DNA of 64,000 bases, taken from the UHGV virus genome UHGV-1363143; one strand, 5' to 3'. The notes beneath the pieces are model-generated. The model was not told the origin of the DNA. It did not search any database and saw only the letters and a program-made list of their open reading frames with translations. This document shows, piece after piece, positions 46,788 to 56,246 of this stretch (position 1 is the stretch's first letter; every line of letters begins with the position of its first letter). Source of the stretch: a virus. The translations under genes were made by a program, and so were the position numbers.

Positions 46788-47786
46788 ATGGTAACAAAAC
46801 AGATGATTAAATTAAGTAAGCAACTACTTTTAGACTTATCTTCTCTTAAATATACTCAAGATGACAGTGTAAACCTTCAACCAGAGTATAGAGATTATAA
46901 GAAATGTAGTGCTAATTGTCCGTTTTATAAAAATAAGGATGTTTCATTGTTTTGTCAAAAAGAGTGTGTATTTGTTTTATCTACTAGCTCATTAATAAAG
47001 CCTAGAGAAAACATACTTACTTATACTCAAATAAAACAGTTATTATATTATAACTCAACTGTATTTGAAAACAATGGAATAACCATAGAGCTTTCACATA
47101 AGGATGTAGCTAAAGCTATTAACTGTTCGGAAAGAACAGCTAGAGATAATATTAATGCTTTAGTTAAAGCTGGTTACATTGTAATATCTTCATATAATGA
47201 TAATAAATACAAGGTGTTTATCAGGGATTATCATAAGTATCATGAAAATGGTAATCGTGGACATCTTTATTTGAGCAATAAATGTTTTAAAGCTTTAATA
47301 AAAATAGATAACATAAATACATTAAGATTAGCTTTAGTTGGATTAGTGCGTCTTGATGATATGCGTGCATCTAAAGATAAAAATCCTTCTAAAGAATTAT
47401 CTTATAAAGCTCTAATTAACTTATTGCCTTCAAATATAACTTGCCCTAAGCAAATAGTTAAAATATTTACTAAGGCTAAAGAATTATTTAAAATGACATT
47501 CAAAGACGAATCTATATCTATATCTTTTAATAAGGACATAGATTCATTGGCATACGCAAAAAGCCTTAATAAAAATAATAAGAAGGCATTATCTAAATTC
47601 CTTAAAAGATTTGAATTAACTGTAACTAATAAGGATAAAGAAGATCTTCTTCAAATGTCTATCCAATATAATATTCATATTGTAACAAAGGCGTTTAATT
47701 ATATAAAGGATAAAAATCCTGATGAGTTAGGATCATATTTAAGAACAGTTATAAGAAATAACTTCAATTCTTTAATTTCTTGTTAA
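46788..47786 (+). CDS. helix-turn-helix DNA-binding protein immediately downstream of iterons; candidate replication initiator or iteron-binding protein
   Basis: HTH segment LSHKDVAKAINCSERTARDNINALVKAGYIV. The ATG at 46788 has RBS GAAAGGAG at spacing 8, whereas the ORF-track start at 46770 is GTG. A terminator follows at 47790-47816. Confidence 0.45.
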   Translation: MVTKQMIKLSKQLLLDLSSLKYTQDDSVNLQPEYRDYKKCSANCPFYKNKDVSLFCQKECVFVLSTSSLIKPRENILTYTQIKQLLYYNSTVFENNGITIELSHKDVAKAINCSERTARDNINALVKAGYIVISSYNDNKYKVFIRDYHKYHENGNRGHLYLSNKCFKALIKIDNINTLRLALVGLVRLDDMRASKDKNPSKELSYKALINLLPSNITCPKQIVKIFTKAKELFKMTFKDESISISFNKDIDSLAYAKSLNKNNKKALSKFLKRFELTVTNKDKEDLLQMSIQYNIHIVTKAFNYIKDKNPDELGSYLRTVIRNNFNSLISC

Positions 47787-47789
47787 ATT

Positions 47790-47816
47790 AGGGCTTTTTT
47801 GTTGTGCCCTTTTTTA
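47790..47816 (+). terminator. rho-independent terminator (AGGGC-loop-GCCCU then U-run)
   Basis: agggcttttttgttgtgcccttttttatt directly after the stop codon. Confidence 0.55.
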
Positions 47817-48216
47817 TTATTTTTACCTATTTGGGATATAAAACTAATGATAGCTATTACATTTTATATTATTTTTGTTGATAACCTGTTGATAATATGT
47901 GAGTAATAGCTTTTTTATTCACAAGTCAAGGAAAAAAAGATTGTTAGTAATTAAAAATAAACTGTTTATAAGTAAAAAAAATTTGTTACTAAAATTTTTT
48001 AATATCTTAATAACAAAAAAATATATGTATATAGTTTTAAAAAGATGTGTTGATAAGAATTTATTAAATCGAAGTTAATTCCATGAGTCAAGTATTTATC
48101 CTATCTAACACATCCTTGAAGCATAAATTTATTAACACTAACTTCTCTCCTATAACTTCTGTTTTATAACCTCTGCTCTATTAACGACTGGAGAGATAAC
48201 TACTAATATATATATG

Positions 48217-48399
48217 TCATAATTTTTTAAGTATGCTTCTATTTATTTTATTTAAAGTATTCCCTACTGTTTTTCTTTTAGCTCTTTTGATAATCTTTTT
48301 GGGATTACCAGTAAGTACAGTTTCTATATCATTAATTGTAGAAGCTATTTTATTAATAGTTCTAGATGTATCGTAAAAAACTTTAGATATTTTTTTCAC
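48217..48399 (-). CDS. small basic protein (GTG start), divergent from parA
   Basis: 60 aa, Lys/Arg-rich. An AAGGAGAG RBS sits 6 nt upstream of the GTG. Confidence 0.35.
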   Translation of the reverse strand: MKKISKVFYDTSRTINKIASTINDIETVLTGNPKKIIKRAKRKTVGNTLNKINRSILKKL

Positions 48400-48538
48400 T
48401 TAATACTCTCCTTTCATATTAAGGTTTTAATATTCAAAATTCAAGATATTTTATAATATATTTTCAATTTTAAATATTATTAAATTTCCTATTAGTAAAT
48501 CTAATATACTCTATATTATAGAATAAAATAGATTTTCG

Positions 48539-48566
48539 TTGTATATCGAAAAAAATGTGCTATAAT
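48539..48566 (+). promoter_or_regulatory. candidate promoter for parA operon (TTGTAT, 16-nt spacer, extended -10 TGcTATAAT)
   Basis: -35 at 48539-48544, TG motif, and -10 TATAAT at 48561-48566. The parA start lies about 30 nt downstream. Confidence 0.45.
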
Positions 48567-48595
48567 TTTCTTATAACTATAAAAAAGGGAGATGA

Positions 48596-49411
48596 ATGTT
48601 TATGCCTAAAACTATAGCTATAGGTACCTTTAAAGGTGGAGTTGGAAAAACAATGACTACTTTTAATTTAGCAGGTATATTAGCTGAGAGAAATTACAAA
48701 GTATTGTGTATAGATGTAGATCCTCAAGGAAATCTAACAAGTAATCTTGGAATTAATAGAGCTAATAATGGCTTAGTTGGTGTTGAAGCTATATTTAGTG
48801 AAAACTCTACAGTTAATCTTAACGATATAATAATAAAAAGTCCAATAGAGCAACTACCAACATTAGATCTTTTACCTAGCACAGTTTTGCTTCATAAATC
48901 TGAATTATTTATGGCATTAGCTCCTGCTAGAGAACTAAAGTTAAAGTATTTCATGATGGATAATAAAGAGGTTCTTGATAACTACGATTATATTTTAATA
49001 GATACTAATCCTAGTATGGGATATCTTAATCAAAATGCATTTGTAGTTGCAGATAAAATTATTATGCCAGCAACTGCAGATTTATCAGATTTAGATGGAA
49101 TACATCTATTCTGTGCATTATGGGATGATTTAAGAGAAAAATTACGTATAGACGATAATATAGCTGCTGTAGTTACTACTAAGAATGACAAAAGAGTTTC
49201 TCTTGATAGAAGTTTTATTGAACATATTAAAACTACAGAAGATAATGAAGATATAGCAGAATTATTAGTAGATACAATAATTCCTGTCAATGTTACTCTT
49301 AAGGAAGCAGCAATGAGCTGTCAACCTATTAATCTTTATAATAAGAATTGTATTGGTTATCAAGCTTATAAAAAATTGGTAGATGAGCTATTCGAAAGAG
49401 GTGTATTCTAA
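48596..49411 (+). CDS. parA: ParA/Soj-family partition ATPase (type I)
   Basis: Deviant Walker A KGGVGKT in IAIGTFKGGVGKTMTTFNLA. About 270 aa, typical of small ParA. Confidence 0.8.
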   Translation: MFMPKTIAIGTFKGGVGKTMTTFNLAGILAERNYKVLCIDVDPQGNLTSNLGINRANNGLVGVEAIFSENSTVNLNDIIIKSPIEQLPTLDLLPSTVLLHKSELFMALAPARELKLKYFMMDNKEVLDNYDYILIDTNPSMGYLNQNAFVVADKIIMPATADLSDLDGIHLFCALWDDLREKLRIDDNIAAVVTTKNDKRVSLDRSFIEHIKTTEDNEDIAELLVDTIIPVNVTLKEAAMSCQPINLYNKNCIGYQAYKKLVDELFERGVF

Positions 49412-49917
49412 TGGCCAGAAAGTCTACAGGTAATAAATTCAGTTCCATTGCTAATTCAACTCCTCGTAATTTACCATTTAGAGAAACTCTTACCATAGAA
49501 GATAGAATTGCATATGATAAGCTTAGTCCTGAGGAACAAAGTGGATATGAGCAGTTTTGTATTGATAATGTAAATAATAATAGTATTGAAGATTATCTTC
49601 ACTATAGTAAATCAAAGTCTACTCCTAAAATAGTAACTAAAGCTACTAAAAATACAACTAAACCTATTGAACAGCCAGTAGAAATAAATATATCAGAAAC
49701 TAATATAAAAACTGATATAACTGATTATAATCCAGTTCAAAGTGTTCAAAGTATGATAAATAAAAACTTATCTATTGAAGAAGAAGCTGGTAAAAATATA
49801 TCTGTTTATTTAAGTGCTGAAGCATTAAACGTAGTTTCTGTATATATGAAAAAGCATAAAATTAAAAACAGATCTAAATTAATAGAAACAGTATTATTAA
49901 GCGTACTTAAAGAATAA
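49411..49917 (+). CDS. ParB/ParG-like centromere-binding partner of ParA (candidate)
   Basis: Translationally coupled through a TAATG overlap with parA. 168 aa with a basic N-terminal tail. Confidence 0.4.
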   Translation: MARKSTGNKFSSIANSTPRNLPFRETLTIEDRIAYDKLSPEEQSGYEQFCIDNVNNNSIEDYLHYSKSKSTPKIVTKATKNTTKPIEQPVEINISETNIKTDITDYNPVQSVQSMINKNLSIEEEAGKNISVYLSAEALNVVSVYMKKHKIKNRSKLIETVLLSVLKE

Positions 49918-49945
49918 GCTCCCCAATACTAGGGAGCTTTTTGCT
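49918..49945. terminator. bidirectional rho-independent terminator (AGCUCCC-loop-GGGAGCU) between convergent genes
   Basis: 7-bp GC-rich stem followed by T5 on the plus strand. It sits between the plus-strand partner gene and the minus-strand gene 49946..50257. Confidence 0.55.
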
Positions 49946-50257
49946 TTATACAGCTTGTTTCATATTTTTTATTATTTTCATTTGAATAACTCTTAAAGTA
50001 CGTTTGTAGCTATATAATATTTCACATGATGGAGCTTTTTCAAAAATTGCCGAAACCTCTTCTGCTAATTTATTAACTACAGATTCTAATCCTATAGCTA
50101 TAGGTATTTGATGAATTTTATTTCCATCTATAAAAGTATTAAATAAGGCTAAACTACCATTCATCTCAGATAAATCTAAACCTACTATGTCAGCTATTTC
50201 ATTCATAATCATAGCTTCTTCTAACGTTAAAATATTTAATATAAAGTTATTAAACAT
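49946..50257 (-). CDS. hypothetical protein
   Basis: 103-aa ORF. Confidence 0.45.
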   Translation of the reverse strand: MFNNFILNILTLEEAMIMNEIADIVGLDLSEMNGSLALFNTFIDGNKIHQIPIAIGLESVVNKLAEEVSAIFEKAPSCEILYSYKRTLRVIQMKIIKNMKQAV

Positions 50258-50275
50258 ATATGGATCCTCCTAAAA

Positions 50276-50839
50276 TTAATATCTTAAATCTATTTCTTCG
50301 CCTTCTGCTATTCTTATGACTCTATCTTCTTCAAATTTTCCATAAAGAATTGCATATACTCTTACTACTTCAGGAATAGTAAGACCATGGATTTTTAGAG
50401 ATTCTAAATTTTCTCCAATTATTACATCATGTCTTTCATGTTCTTCTATTATTGCTTCAACTACGTCATCTACTGTAGGTTTACAATCAAAAGTGACTCC
50501 ATCTAAAGTTTCTAAATAAACATTAGGCTTACTGTAAGTTATAGGTTCTAATGTGTTAAAATCAATAAGCTGAATGTTTTGAGAACCGCTATAATCAATA
50601 TGTCCTTTAACTTTATAGAACTTATTGTATTGTGTTAATATGTATAATTCTTCATTCCCAATTAATAAATCTATATCAGAACACTTCAAAGCAGTTTCTA
50701 AGTCTTCTTCGATTACAATGTAATGGCCATCAGTACATAGTCTTATTTCATCTTTCTCGTCCCTATACATTTTTAAAATTGTTTCGTTTCTAGATAAATA
50801 AGTTACCTTTAATAATTCTTCTAAATTGATTTTATTCAT
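50276..50839 (-). CDS. hypothetical acidic protein
   Basis: 187-aa ORF. Confidence 0.5.
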   Translation of the reverse strand: MNKINLEELLKVTYLSRNETILKMYRDEKDEIRLCTDGHYIVIEEDLETALKCSDIDLLIGNEELYILTQYNKFYKVKGHIDYSGSQNIQLIDFNTLEPITYSKPNVYLETLDGVTFDCKPTVDDVVEAIIEEHERHDVIIGENLESLKIHGLTIPEVVRVYAILYGKFEEDRVIRIAEGEEIDLRY

Positions 50840-50877
50840 GATTCCTCCTAAAGATTAAGGGGGCTATACACCCTCTT

Positions 50878-51810
50878 TTATTTGATTATACTATCTAATA
50901 TTTGTTTTCTTAATTCATAAGAAATTTGAGATCCTGCTGATTGAGGATGTCCTCCCCCACCATAATAAATAGCTACTTCATTACCAAGGTCTATGTCTTT
51001 TTTTACTGTTCTATAACTTACTGTACTTAATCCAGCAATCATAGCAATAAAATCTAAGTCAGGATTTCTCTCTGATAATTCATTGCCTAATTCACTTAGG
51101 TAATTATCTGCTACTACTATTCCGGCTCTAAACTTCTTACCATTAATAATTAATGTTTTTTTATAAATGAATTTATTTTTCTTATCAATATATTTTTGAA
51201 TCTTTTCATTCTCTAATTCCAATAAGAATTTATCTGTATCATTAATCATACAGAATACATCACTAGTAAGTCTTTTATAGTACTCTGTCTCGAATCTTTC
51301 TTGGCCATATATTTTAAATAAATCATTAAGATGTTTGGCTCTTAAGTCATTGTACTTTTCTTTCCATAGCCATGTATCATATCTTTTAACTGTATCAACA
51401 AATATTTTTATAGATACTTTTTTCTCTAACATATTGTTGTCAACAAGATAATTATAAAGTAAGCTTGTACCACATATTTTTTCAATTTCATCTTCTATTT
51501 GAACGGTACACCATTCATACTTATTTAATCCTATTGCTGTAGGATGATGGTCAAGTAAAATAGTCATATTTTTAAGTATGCTATTATTTTCAATAATTTG
51601 AGCTACTTCTTCAGTAATTGATATATCTGTTATAAAGATATAGTCATAAATTTCATATGATCTATTATCAATAAACTCCTTTATCTTCTCATTAATATTG
51701 TAATATCCGCAGTAATCTGCGTGTACATTTTCTCTACCTGCTGCTAATTGTGTAAGTATAGAACATGCATATCCATCTAAATCATTATGTGAAAAAATTT
51801 TTATTTTCAT
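50878..51810 (-). CDS. DHH-DHHA1 family phosphoesterase (NrnA-like nanoRNase / pAp phosphatase fold)
   Basis: Motifs HNDLDGY, LLDHHPT and GGGGHPQSAG (DHHA1). The start is set at the internal MKIKIF, which has a GGAGGA RBS. The track start at 51864 lacks an RBS. Confidence 0.65.
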   Translation of the reverse strand: MKIKIFSHNDLDGYACSILTQLAAGRENVHADYCGYYNINEKIKEFIDNRSYEIYDYIFITDISITEEVAQIIENNSILKNMTILLDHHPTAIGLNKYEWCTVQIEDEIEKICGTSLLYNYLVDNNMLEKKVSIKIFVDTVKRYDTWLWKEKYNDLRAKHLNDLFKIYGQERFETEYYKRLTSDVFCMINDTDKFLLELENEKIQKYIDKKNKFIYKKTLIINGKKFRAGIVVADNYLSELGNELSERNPDLDFIAMIAGLSTVSYRTVKKDIDLGNEVAIYYGGGGHPQSAGSQISYELRKQILDSIIK

Positions 51811-52029
51811 AATAAGTCCTCCATTAAATTTCATTTGTAATTTTATGATAAAGCATTCTTTCATACTTTCTTATCTTATGTTCTTTTTCATTTAAGGAGT
51901 GTTTTAAGCTGTTGCTATATCCTATAAAAATTAAGTTGCTAATTAGTAAAATTAATATTATTAATATCGTAAACAATGTTAAATCCCCTTTATCTTTTGA
52001 TTAGTATTTGTAAAATAATATAAGTTATA

Positions 52030-52338
52030 TTAGGCAAATGATAAATTGCCTACAGGAATGTTATCTAATTTATCTAATAAGCTAGAAATACCTATTTTCA
52101 TTTTTCTTCTTTTTCTGTTTGTGTCATATAAATTAGTGAAATATGAAGGATAATCTGTACCTTTTTTAGAAGACGTATCTTTTTGTACAGGTGAATTTAC
52201 ACTTCTTTCTGTAGTTTGTTGTGCAATTATATTATGAGCTCCAGTAGCATTAGCTGGGGCTGAACACCCGCTAAGCATTACAGAAACTCCTATTAGACTT
52301 GTTATTATTATTATTTTTTTTATAATTCCTCTATTCAT
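52030..52338 (-). CDS. small secreted lipoprotein
   Basis: Signal peptide followed by a lipobox LSGCSAP. Confidence 0.5.
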   Translation of the reverse strand: MNRGIIKKIIIITSLIGVSVMLSGCSAPANATGAHNIIAQQTTERSVNSPVQKDTSSKKGTDYPSYFTNLYDTNRKRRKMKIGISSLLDKLDNIPVGNLSFA

Positions 52339-52360
52339 TATATATACCTCCTTGAATAGC

Positions 52361-52807
52361 TCAATATTGTTTTACAATACAATTGATATTCATTCTTTTT
52401 GCGATTTCAATCATACTTTTAGTCCCCCTACTTATACCATCCCAAAATATTAAACAGCCACTTTTAAGTGCCTGTGATGCAAAAACGGCCATTTCATTAT
52501 TTCTTTTATATCCTGCACTTTTATCATAACTACCATCAGGTTGTCTATTCCATTTAGCAGGAAAACGGTATATTTTATAGCCTCTTTCTTTTGCATATCT
52601 TTCTCCTAATTTGTCTGCTCCATTAGCGGTACCAGAAATGATAGCAATTTTATGTGTCTTTACAACATTGCTTAAAACATAATCACATACTTCTTTTAAG
52701 TATTCATAATCATTAAAAGTTCTTGTGCCAGCTATTATTAATCGAAATTCATCCTTTTCTTTAGATTCATTTAAAGGAGAATATGTGTTACAAAAATCTG
52801 CACACAT
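52361..52807 (-). CDS. SLOG-superfamily nucleotide-binding protein (DUF2493/YpsA-like)
   Basis: IAIISGTANGADKLGERYAKERGYKIYRFPAKW...KRNNEM matches the SLOG Rossmann-like pattern. Confidence 0.5.
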   Translation of the reverse strand: MCADFCNTYSPLNESKEKDEFRLIIAGTRTFNDYEYLKEVCDYVLSNVVKTHKIAIISGTANGADKLGERYAKERGYKIYRFPAKWNRQPDGSYDKSAGYKRNNEMAVFASQALKSGCLIFWDGISRGTKSMIEIAKRMNINCIVKQY

Positions 52808-52808
52808 A

Positions 52809-53588
52809 TTATTTCACCTTCTTAAAAGCTTCACCTGCAAGTTGATCCGCAAGCTCATTATATGTATTTCCTGTATGGCCAAAAACATGAATAAATTCAG
52901 TAACTATACCAGGATTGCTATCTATAAACTCACAATAGGCCTTAGTGTATTGATTTTTACACTTCCATTCTTTAGTTGCCCATTTACCTATTCCTTCGTA
53001 GTCATGAAATATTCTACATGTTAGACCATGATCTCTTATCCAGCATATAGCATTCATTGCAGCTGATAATTCACCAGCGACATTTCTCATTGATGCAGCA
53101 CCAGAGTCTTTGCCAATATCTGAATCAGTATGTATAACCTTATTGTCTTGAACTACTACATAAGCATAACTATACATTCCATTTTTGAATGATCCATCTA
53201 CATATACATCAACTGTTTTATTTGAATTTGCAATTTCATTTTGAACAAAACCTTTGAATTTATCTGATTTTTTTAACATAGTCGATGCTAATACATCAGT
53301 TGTATATGCTAATGCATGAGCAGGACTAAAACCAGGATCTATTCCATCAAACATTTTTAAAGTACGCTTATCTAATGATTTTGGTTTAACGAATCTTTCA
53401 AAACTTGCATTTGAGCTTATTTGAAGATTTTCAACTCCAACATAGTTCACAGCTTCAGATAGTTGAGTTGATTTAAAACTTTTATATTCAGCACCAGAAT
53501 AACCATCTACTTGTGCTTTGCATTCGTCCCAAGAGCTATATAGTCCTGGTACTAATCCTTTTTTTACTGCATATATTTTACTTGCCAT
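52809..53588 (-). CDS. rnhA: ribonuclease H1 with N-terminal hybrid-binding domain
   Basis: N-terminal YAVKKGLVPGLYSSWDECKAQVDGYSGAEYKSF (HBD). C-terminal VYVDGS...AGELSAAMNA...FHDYEG...HTGNTYNELAD carries the RNase H catalytic D-E-D-H-N-D pattern. Confidence 0.75.
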   Translation of the reverse strand: MASKIYAVKKGLVPGLYSSWDECKAQVDGYSGAEYKSFKSTQLSEAVNYVGVENLQISSNASFERFVKPKSLDKRTLKMFDGIDPGFSPAHALAYTTDVLASTMLKKSDKFKGFVQNEIANSNKTVDVYVDGSFKNGMYSYAYVVVQDNKVIHTDSDIGKDSGAASMRNVAGELSAAMNAICWIRDHGLTCRIFHDYEGIGKWATKEWKCKNQYTKAYCEFIDSNPGIVTEFIHVFGHTGNTYNELADQLAGEAFKKVK

Positions 53589-53835
53589 TAAAAGTTCCTC
53601 CTAACAATTCTTCTATTGGAGATATAACAGGTTTGCATTTCTCCTTGTGTTTTCTAGTATTTTTTTTAAGTTCAGCCTGCATAACTAAAGATGCTTGCAT
53701 TTCTTGAATATATTCATGTTGACTTATTTTAGGAATAGCAGTTCTGTCATTTTCATTGCTGCTATTCTTTGTACGATTAAATGGCTTATAGTCATTAATA
53801 TAAAGATTGTCAACAACTCTATTGACAGTTAACAT
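53578..53835 (-). CDS. hypothetical protein
   Basis: 85-aa ORF. Confidence 0.4.
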   Translation of the reverse strand: MLTVNRVVDNLYINDYKPFNRTKNSSNENDRTAIPKISQHEYIQEMQASLVMQAELKKNTRKHKEKCKPVISPIEELLGGTFNGK

Positions 53836-53845
53836 ACTTTCACCT

Positions 53846-54247
53846 CTAAAAAATAAAACTTAAAATTTTATACATTATAAATAAAAAAGTAAATGCACCT
53901 ATAAATGCGATTACAGTAGTTTTAGAATCTTCTTGTTTTAATTGCTCCTGTTCTTTTATTTGCTGAGCTCTTATTTCTTCACCATGACCTTTTATGTTTT
54001 CAATATACTTTATTACATCTGGATCAGTAACTTTAGGAATTCTTCCTTTTACAGTTTGTTCATAGGATCTATTCCAATGAATACCTGTACGTTCTTCAAG
54101 TATATCTTTCATATGATCCTTAAACTCTATTACTTTAGGTTCATCATTGATGGATTCACTAATTCCATTTGCATCATCTATAAATTGAATAACATCAAAA
54201 GTTGATTTTATTATTTGTTTAGTTATCATACTTTTACTAGTACTCAT
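53846..54247 (-). CDS. hypothetical protein with C-terminal TM anchor
   Basis: 133-aa ORF. Confidence 0.45.
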   Translation of the reverse strand: MSTSKSMITKQIIKSTFDVIQFIDDANGISESINDEPKVIEFKDHMKDILEERTGIHWNRSYEQTVKGRIPKVTDPDVIKYIENIKGHGEEIRAQQIKEQEQLKQEDSKTTVIAFIGAFTFLFIMYKILSFIF

Positions 54248-54259
54248 TGAAATTCCCTC

Positions 54260-54709
54260 CTATTTATATCTAACTTCGTATCCTAAATTAGCGTAATAAT
54301 CTCCTAGTATTTTTCTATGGCAGTGTTCTAAACTACCGCAGAAACATACTAATAGAACATCTACACCTTGATTTAATAGCTCTATTATCCTAGCAAGATT
54401 AACTTGCATATAATTTTCATACATTTGTGCTATGAATTGCTCATAATATAATGACCACCAGGTAGCCCCTGGTCCTAGTTCTTTTAATCTAGTTTCTTCT
54501 TCTAAAGTGAACTCATTATATTTCCATCTAGTTATATATTTCTTATATAATTCAGGAGATGGAGCCAATTCAGGAACGTGTACCATTCCATATAACTCAC
54601 AATTTACTTTCATAGGATTTCTAACTATAAACAATTTCTTTGTATAGTTATCTTTATAATCCTTATATTTAGATAAAGAGCATAATTGAATATGCCCTTT
54701 ACTCATTTC
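54260..54709 (-). CDS. DUF488-family protein
   Basis: LAPSPELYKKYITRWKYNEF...VLLVCFCGSLEHCHRKIL matches the DUF488 pattern. The start is set at the internal MSKGH, which has a GGAGG RBS. Confidence 0.5.
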   Translation of the reverse strand, partial: EMSKGHIQLCSLSKYKDYKDNYTKKLFIVRNPMKVNCELYGMVHVPELAPSPELYKKYITRWKYNEFTLEEETRLKELGPGATWWSLYYEQFIAQMYENYMQVNLARIIELLNQGVDVLLVCFCGSLEHCHRKILGDYYANLGYEVRYK

Positions 54710-55031
54710 TTTCCTCCAATAAAAAATCATTTTGTAGATATTCTTGAATACATACTGGATACCAGCTATGTCCAAACTCTGGATTATTCTCGGCGTTTTC
54801 TTGAATGTAATTATCATAAGATTTAATTAACTTTATTAGAGTTTGTATATTTAAATCATCTATAGTCCTGTAATTCATCTTATAAGAATCACAGTCTTTA
54901 CATAAAATGTCTTGTGGATTGCCATTCTTATCAAAATTACAGCAATCAGGTGAACATGGAATTCTTTCGTCAAGCTCACACTTTTTAGTACACGATGAAC
55001 ATTCTTTTCCACACCATTCTGGATGAGTCAT
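54699..55031 (-). CDS. Cys-rich small protein
   Basis: 110 aa, with CGKECSSCTKKCELDERIPCSPDCC... Confidence 0.45.
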   Translation of the reverse strand: MTHPEWCGKECSSCTKKCELDERIPCSPDCCNFDKNGNPQDILCKDCDSYKMNYRTIDDLNIQTLIKLIKSYDNYIQENAENNPEFGHSWYPVCIQEYLQNDFLLEERNE

Positions 55032-55042
55032 AATTATCCCTC

Positions 55043-55363
55043 CTATGCAGCTTTCTTCATCACATAGTCAATTAATTCTTGTTGGATTTCTTCAGTAAAT
55101 AAAGCTTCAGCTCTAGCTTCAGCAACTTTAGATTTTCTCTTAACTGGATGTATTAATTTATATATACCAGTAAATGCTGTATAAGTTTCTGTAGTATAAC
55201 CATCATGTTTAGTTAATGTTACAGGTTGAACGCTGGCATAGTATCCTCTTTCCATCATTCGACCAGTTCCATAGTTGTAACCACCTAAATTATAATAAAG
55301 TTCTATCTTTAAAGTTTGTCCATTAATTTCCTTGTATTCCGTTGATACGTTATTTTTACTCAT
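55043..55363 (-). CDS. hypothetical protein
   Basis: 106-aa ORF. Confidence 0.45.
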   Translation of the reverse strand: MSKNNVSTEYKEINGQTLKIELYYNLGGYNYGTGRMMERGYYASVQPVTLTKHDGYTTETYTAFTGIYKLIHPVKRKSKVAEARAEALFTEEIQQELIDYVMKKAA

Positions 55364-55377
55364 GTATATCCCTCCGT

Positions 55378-55713
55378 TTATCTGTTTTCTAATAAATCGT
55401 GTATTCTGCTAGAAATCTCTTCCTGAATATAATTAGATAATTGGTCATCTGAGCACATATCGTCAGCTATAGTATCAATATCATCTTCAGATATTTCATC
55501 AGCATCTCCTTCATTAAGGTTATTTTCTATATATTGTTCTATTGAATAAACATAACCATCATATAGATTAGCTCTTTCAGGTTCATATGGAATAACTGTA
55601 ATATTTTCGCCTCCACAATAAACACATTTCTTTGGAGGTGTATCACTTCCACCATCAGCTATAATAAAAGTGCCTTCGCACCCTTGTTCATTACAAGCTA
55701 CATCATAGTTCAT
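55378..55713 (-). CDS. zinc-ribbon acidic protein
   Basis: 111-aa ORF with CNEQGCEG...CVYCGGEN. Confidence 0.45.
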   Translation of the reverse strand: MNYDVACNEQGCEGTFIIADGGSDTPPKKCVYCGGENITVIPYEPERANLYDGYVYSIEQYIENNLNEGDADEISEDDIDTIADDMCSDDQLSNYIQEEISSRIHDLLENR

Positions 55714-56022
55714 TTATATATCCTCCTTAGGTATAGACTTTCTCAATTCTTCTATATGTTCATCAGACATAAGCATAATTTTATATTTAGGTTGTTGAAA
55801 TTTAAGTAAGTCATATACAGATAGCATGATTGCGTATAATGCACCTATATTTGAAATTAAATCGCATATCCATTCAGTTATGCTCATAGGTTTCAAATTA
55901 AAACCAATTTCCGTACCAGCTCCTACTATTAGGCTTGAAACTAAATTGAATATTCCAAATCCAGCGAATACTAAAACTCCTCTGTAAGCTCTACACCATT
56001 TTAAAATTGCCTTTTTTAGCAT
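55714..56022 (-). CDS. small membrane protein (2 TM)
   Basis: 102-aa ORF. Confidence 0.45.
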   Translation of the reverse strand: MLKKAILKWCRAYRGVLVFAGFGIFNLVSSLIVGAGTEIGFNLKPMSITEWICDLISNIGALYAIMLSVYDLLKFQQPKYKIMLMSDEHIEELRKSIPKEDI

Positions 56023-56210
56023 GCTTCCTCCTTATATATGTACTTATTCTTTACTATTACACATGCATTAGAATCTCCATCTATCATGTCAATATTTACT
56101 AAAGATGCATCTATTCCTACATGATTTATAGTTCCATGACTTGCTACTCTGATCCATTTATCACCGTAATAAACTTCTCCCGATATACGTACTCTATCTC
56201 CAATATTCAT
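56016..56210 (-). CDS. hypothetical small protein
   Basis: 64-aa ORF. Confidence 0.35.
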   Translation of the reverse strand: MNIGDRVRISGEVYYGDKWIRVASHGTINHVGIDASLVNIDMIDGDSNACVIVKNKYIYKEEAC

Positions 56211-56246
56211 AGTGAGCCTCCTTTTATAATGTATTTAGATTGAGAA

